Source of the DNA: Epithemia pelagica
Taxonomy: Eukaryota; Protista; Bacillariophyta
Length of the DNA: 64,000 bases
NCBI GenBank assembly: GCA_946965045.2
Contig: OX337228.1
Span: 3,720,001 to 3,784,000 of the forward strand
Direction of reading: 5' to 3'
A program made the position numbers and the translations under genes. Below the pieces are notes generated by a model. It was not told the DNA's origin. It made no database searches and saw only the letters and a program-made list of their open reading frames with translations. Shown here in pieces: positions 62,096 through 64,000 of this stretch; within the stretch, counting starts at the first letter, position 1; every line of letters starts with the position of its first letter.

Positions 62096-63481
62096 ATGTT
62101 TCGAAAGTTTGCTGATCGAGTGAGCGCGGCTGCGTCGAATGCCTTCTCTACCTCATCGGATCGAGATGTGCAGCGTTTAACCGCAATGGGATTTGACCGA
62201 ACTCAAGCGACTCAAGCTCTGCATGCAACCAATGGAAATGTTGACCAAGCGGCCGAGCTACTTCTGGCGTCGGCTCAGACGGAACCGTCACATAACCATC
62301 ATCAACAACCTCCAACGGCACATCAGCTACCAAACCAGCAGCATCGTCCGCAACACAACCATGCCGCTCGAGAAGAAGAAGAATTAAGAAGAGCATTAGA
62401 AGCGTCGTTGGAAGTTTCAAATCTGCCCGCACCAGCTGCAAATCCTCAACCACAGAAACGGACCGCGGCAATGCAAAAGGCTGCTGAAGCAGCGGAAGCA
62501 AGAAACAAGACTCAACCAAAAGGAAAAGGCAAAACATCTCCAAAGTACCAACCGAAACCTACAACGACTGTCAATATCAATTATACGAACAATGGTGCGA
62601 AAATTTCTGCAGCTTCACGGGCTTTGGCTGTGAACCATCCAGGAGTCAAAGTCATCCCCAAACTGCAAGACAAGTCAATAGAGGAACAAATTCTACGGTG
62701 TGCGGATCGTTTAAAGTCCAGCCCAGCAGCAGTGGATACGTTGTACAAAGCTTGTGTAACCATTCAACAAAACCCTCAAGAATCAAAGTATCGAACAATC
62801 GATACTAGCGCCCCTGGATTTCAGCGAAGTTTAGCTCCGGCACCTGGAGCGCTCGACTTTCTTAAGGCATTGAACTTTCAATCGGTTGGCCCTCACAAAT
62901 TGGTTCTTAGTTTGGTGGATCCTGCATGTCTCTTTCTCGGCGTTTCAGCGTTGGAACAGACGAAGCTAACACCAGAATATGTCACAGGTAAACAACGGAT
63001 ACAACATACTGCTGAACTCGCCAAAATACACACAGAAGCTGACCACTCTGAGGAGGAAGCTTTGAAACGTGCAGCCTTTTTGGCAAAGTGCCCCACCGAA
63101 CCACCGGAAGGTCGTGGTGCCTGGATACAAGTGGCTCTCGCAGATCACGAAACCATTCGAAGGCGCTTCGATGCCGACGATACATTACAAGATGTACTCT
63201 ACTGGATGGCTGCTAGCCATGGGTCCATTTTGGTCGAAAAGTTGAGGACGCGAGAGTGGATGCTTCAGGATCTTAATCGTAATCCGGCCGCTCCTTTAGA
63301 CTGTGTCAAACACTCTAGTTCGACTTTGCAGTACTTGGGATGTTGGCCTAGCGGTCGTTTGGAATTGGTTGTGAGTACAAACGAATGGAAAAGTAATGAT
63401 CCGTCGGTACCGAACAACGGGGAAGATACAGTAAGAGGATCGGCACGAGGCCTTGGAGCTGCACCCAAGGAGGCTTTGTAG
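62096..63481 (+). CDS. UBA-UIM-PUB-UBX domain protein (probable p97/Cdc48 adaptor)
   Basis: UBA (LTAMGFDRTQATQALHATNGNVDQAAELL), UIM (EEEELRRALEASL), PUB (NPQESKYRTI...ALDFLKALNF) and UBX (IRRRFDADDTLQDV). Confidence 0.85.
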   Translation: MFRKFADRVSAAASNAFSTSSDRDVQRLTAMGFDRTQATQALHATNGNVDQAAELLLASAQTEPSHNHHQQPPTAHQLPNQQHRPQHNHAAREEEELRRALEASLEVSNLPAPAANPQPQKRTAAMQKAAEAAEARNKTQPKGKGKTSPKYQPKPTTTVNINYTNNGAKISAASRALAVNHPGVKVIPKLQDKSIEEQILRCADRLKSSPAAVDTLYKACVTIQQNPQESKYRTIDTSAPGFQRSLAPAPGALDFLKALNFQSVGPHKLVLSLVDPACLFLGVSALEQTKLTPEYVTGKQRIQHTAELAKIHTEADHSEEEALKRAAFLAKCPTEPPEGRGAWIQVALADHETIRRRFDADDTLQDVLYWMAASHGSILVEKLRTREWMLQDLNRNPAAPLDCVKHSSSTLQYLGCWPSGRLELVVSTNEWKSNDPSVPNNGEDTVRGSARGLGAAPKEAL

Positions 63482-63730
63482 ATGTAATGTTTTAGATGAG
63501 TTACAGCTTTCGCTTCGTGGCGTCGCATTTCTAATTTCTAGGAGTACTGTCACCCAACAAATAGCGTTAATTTGTTGGGTAACAGTACCGAAGAAGTTGA
63601 TAGTGGTACTTCTCTAGGAGGTATCTAGGTACTCCTAGGAGAGCATAGTTTCCAATATACTCCTAGCTATGCGTCTGCTTGCGCATTCCCCGACCATGGC
63701 GATGGAAAAGTTGGTTTCTCGTGTCGGATA

Positions 63731-64000
63731 ATGATGGATGAATGCAATGAAGATTTATTGTTGGATTATGGGGTTCTTCGTGTTCCTCTTCCAAAGGAAT
63801 TCGATCGGGTATATTGGGCCACGACTCTTTCTACGATGACGCCTATGATTATGGCCGGCGAAGGCGACGGTGACTATGCGTTCTATCGCAACATACTGGA
63901 AGAACCCGACTTTCCATTTGAAATGTTAATGGAGTACTTTGCATCCGTGCTAAGCAAGCATTTTGATGTGTCCGTTTCACCTGGTCATGAAGCAAACAAT
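63731..64000 (+). CDS. 5' part of a hypothetical protein running off the window
   Basis: Open frame from ATG 63731 to the end of the window (MMDECNEDLLLDYGVLRVPLPKEFDRVYW...); translated by hand. Confidence 0.5.
   Translation, partial: MMDECNEDLLLDYGVLRVPLPKEFDRVYWATTLSTMTPMIMAGEGDGDYAFYRNILEEPDFPFEMLMEYFASVLSKHFDVSVSPGHEANN

Noticed and set aside
1-64000. The many 60-200 aa ORFs overlapping longer genes on other frames or strands
   Set aside because: They are shadow ORFs of real coding regions, with no motifs of their own.

Overview
Eukaryotic nuclear DNA, most likely from a diatom: short GT-AG introns, CoDi-type Copia elements, a plastid-targeted Ycf29-like regulator and an HA-repeat protein. 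About 20 host genes are interleaved with about 29 kb of recent mobile DNA. The mobile DNA comprises: (1) a 111-bp TIR mini-element at 1460-1570; (2) a head-to-tail dimer of a Crypton-type tyrosine-recombinase element at 2222-7672, inserted in a TACTCCTAGGAGTA palindrome; (3) a Copia element at 13510-26736 with a second Copia nested in its pol at 17282-24335; (4) a 4.5-kb TIR transposon at 41436-45911 with a 10-bp TSD, a RecQ-like helicase and an Academ-like transposase, resembling AcademH, a lineage I know only from animals and fungi; (5) a third Copia at 54094-60251 on the minus strand. The most striking signal concerns the two related Copia elements. Neither has a tRNA primer-binding site. 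In each, the 14 nt after the 5' LTR are perfectly complementary to a segment of that element's own LTR, with compensatory changes between the two elements. This suggests Tf1-like self-primed reverse transcription. Both also carry an extra ORF upstream of gag and both sit in divergent promoters. All domain calls come from motif recognition by eye; no database searches were run.
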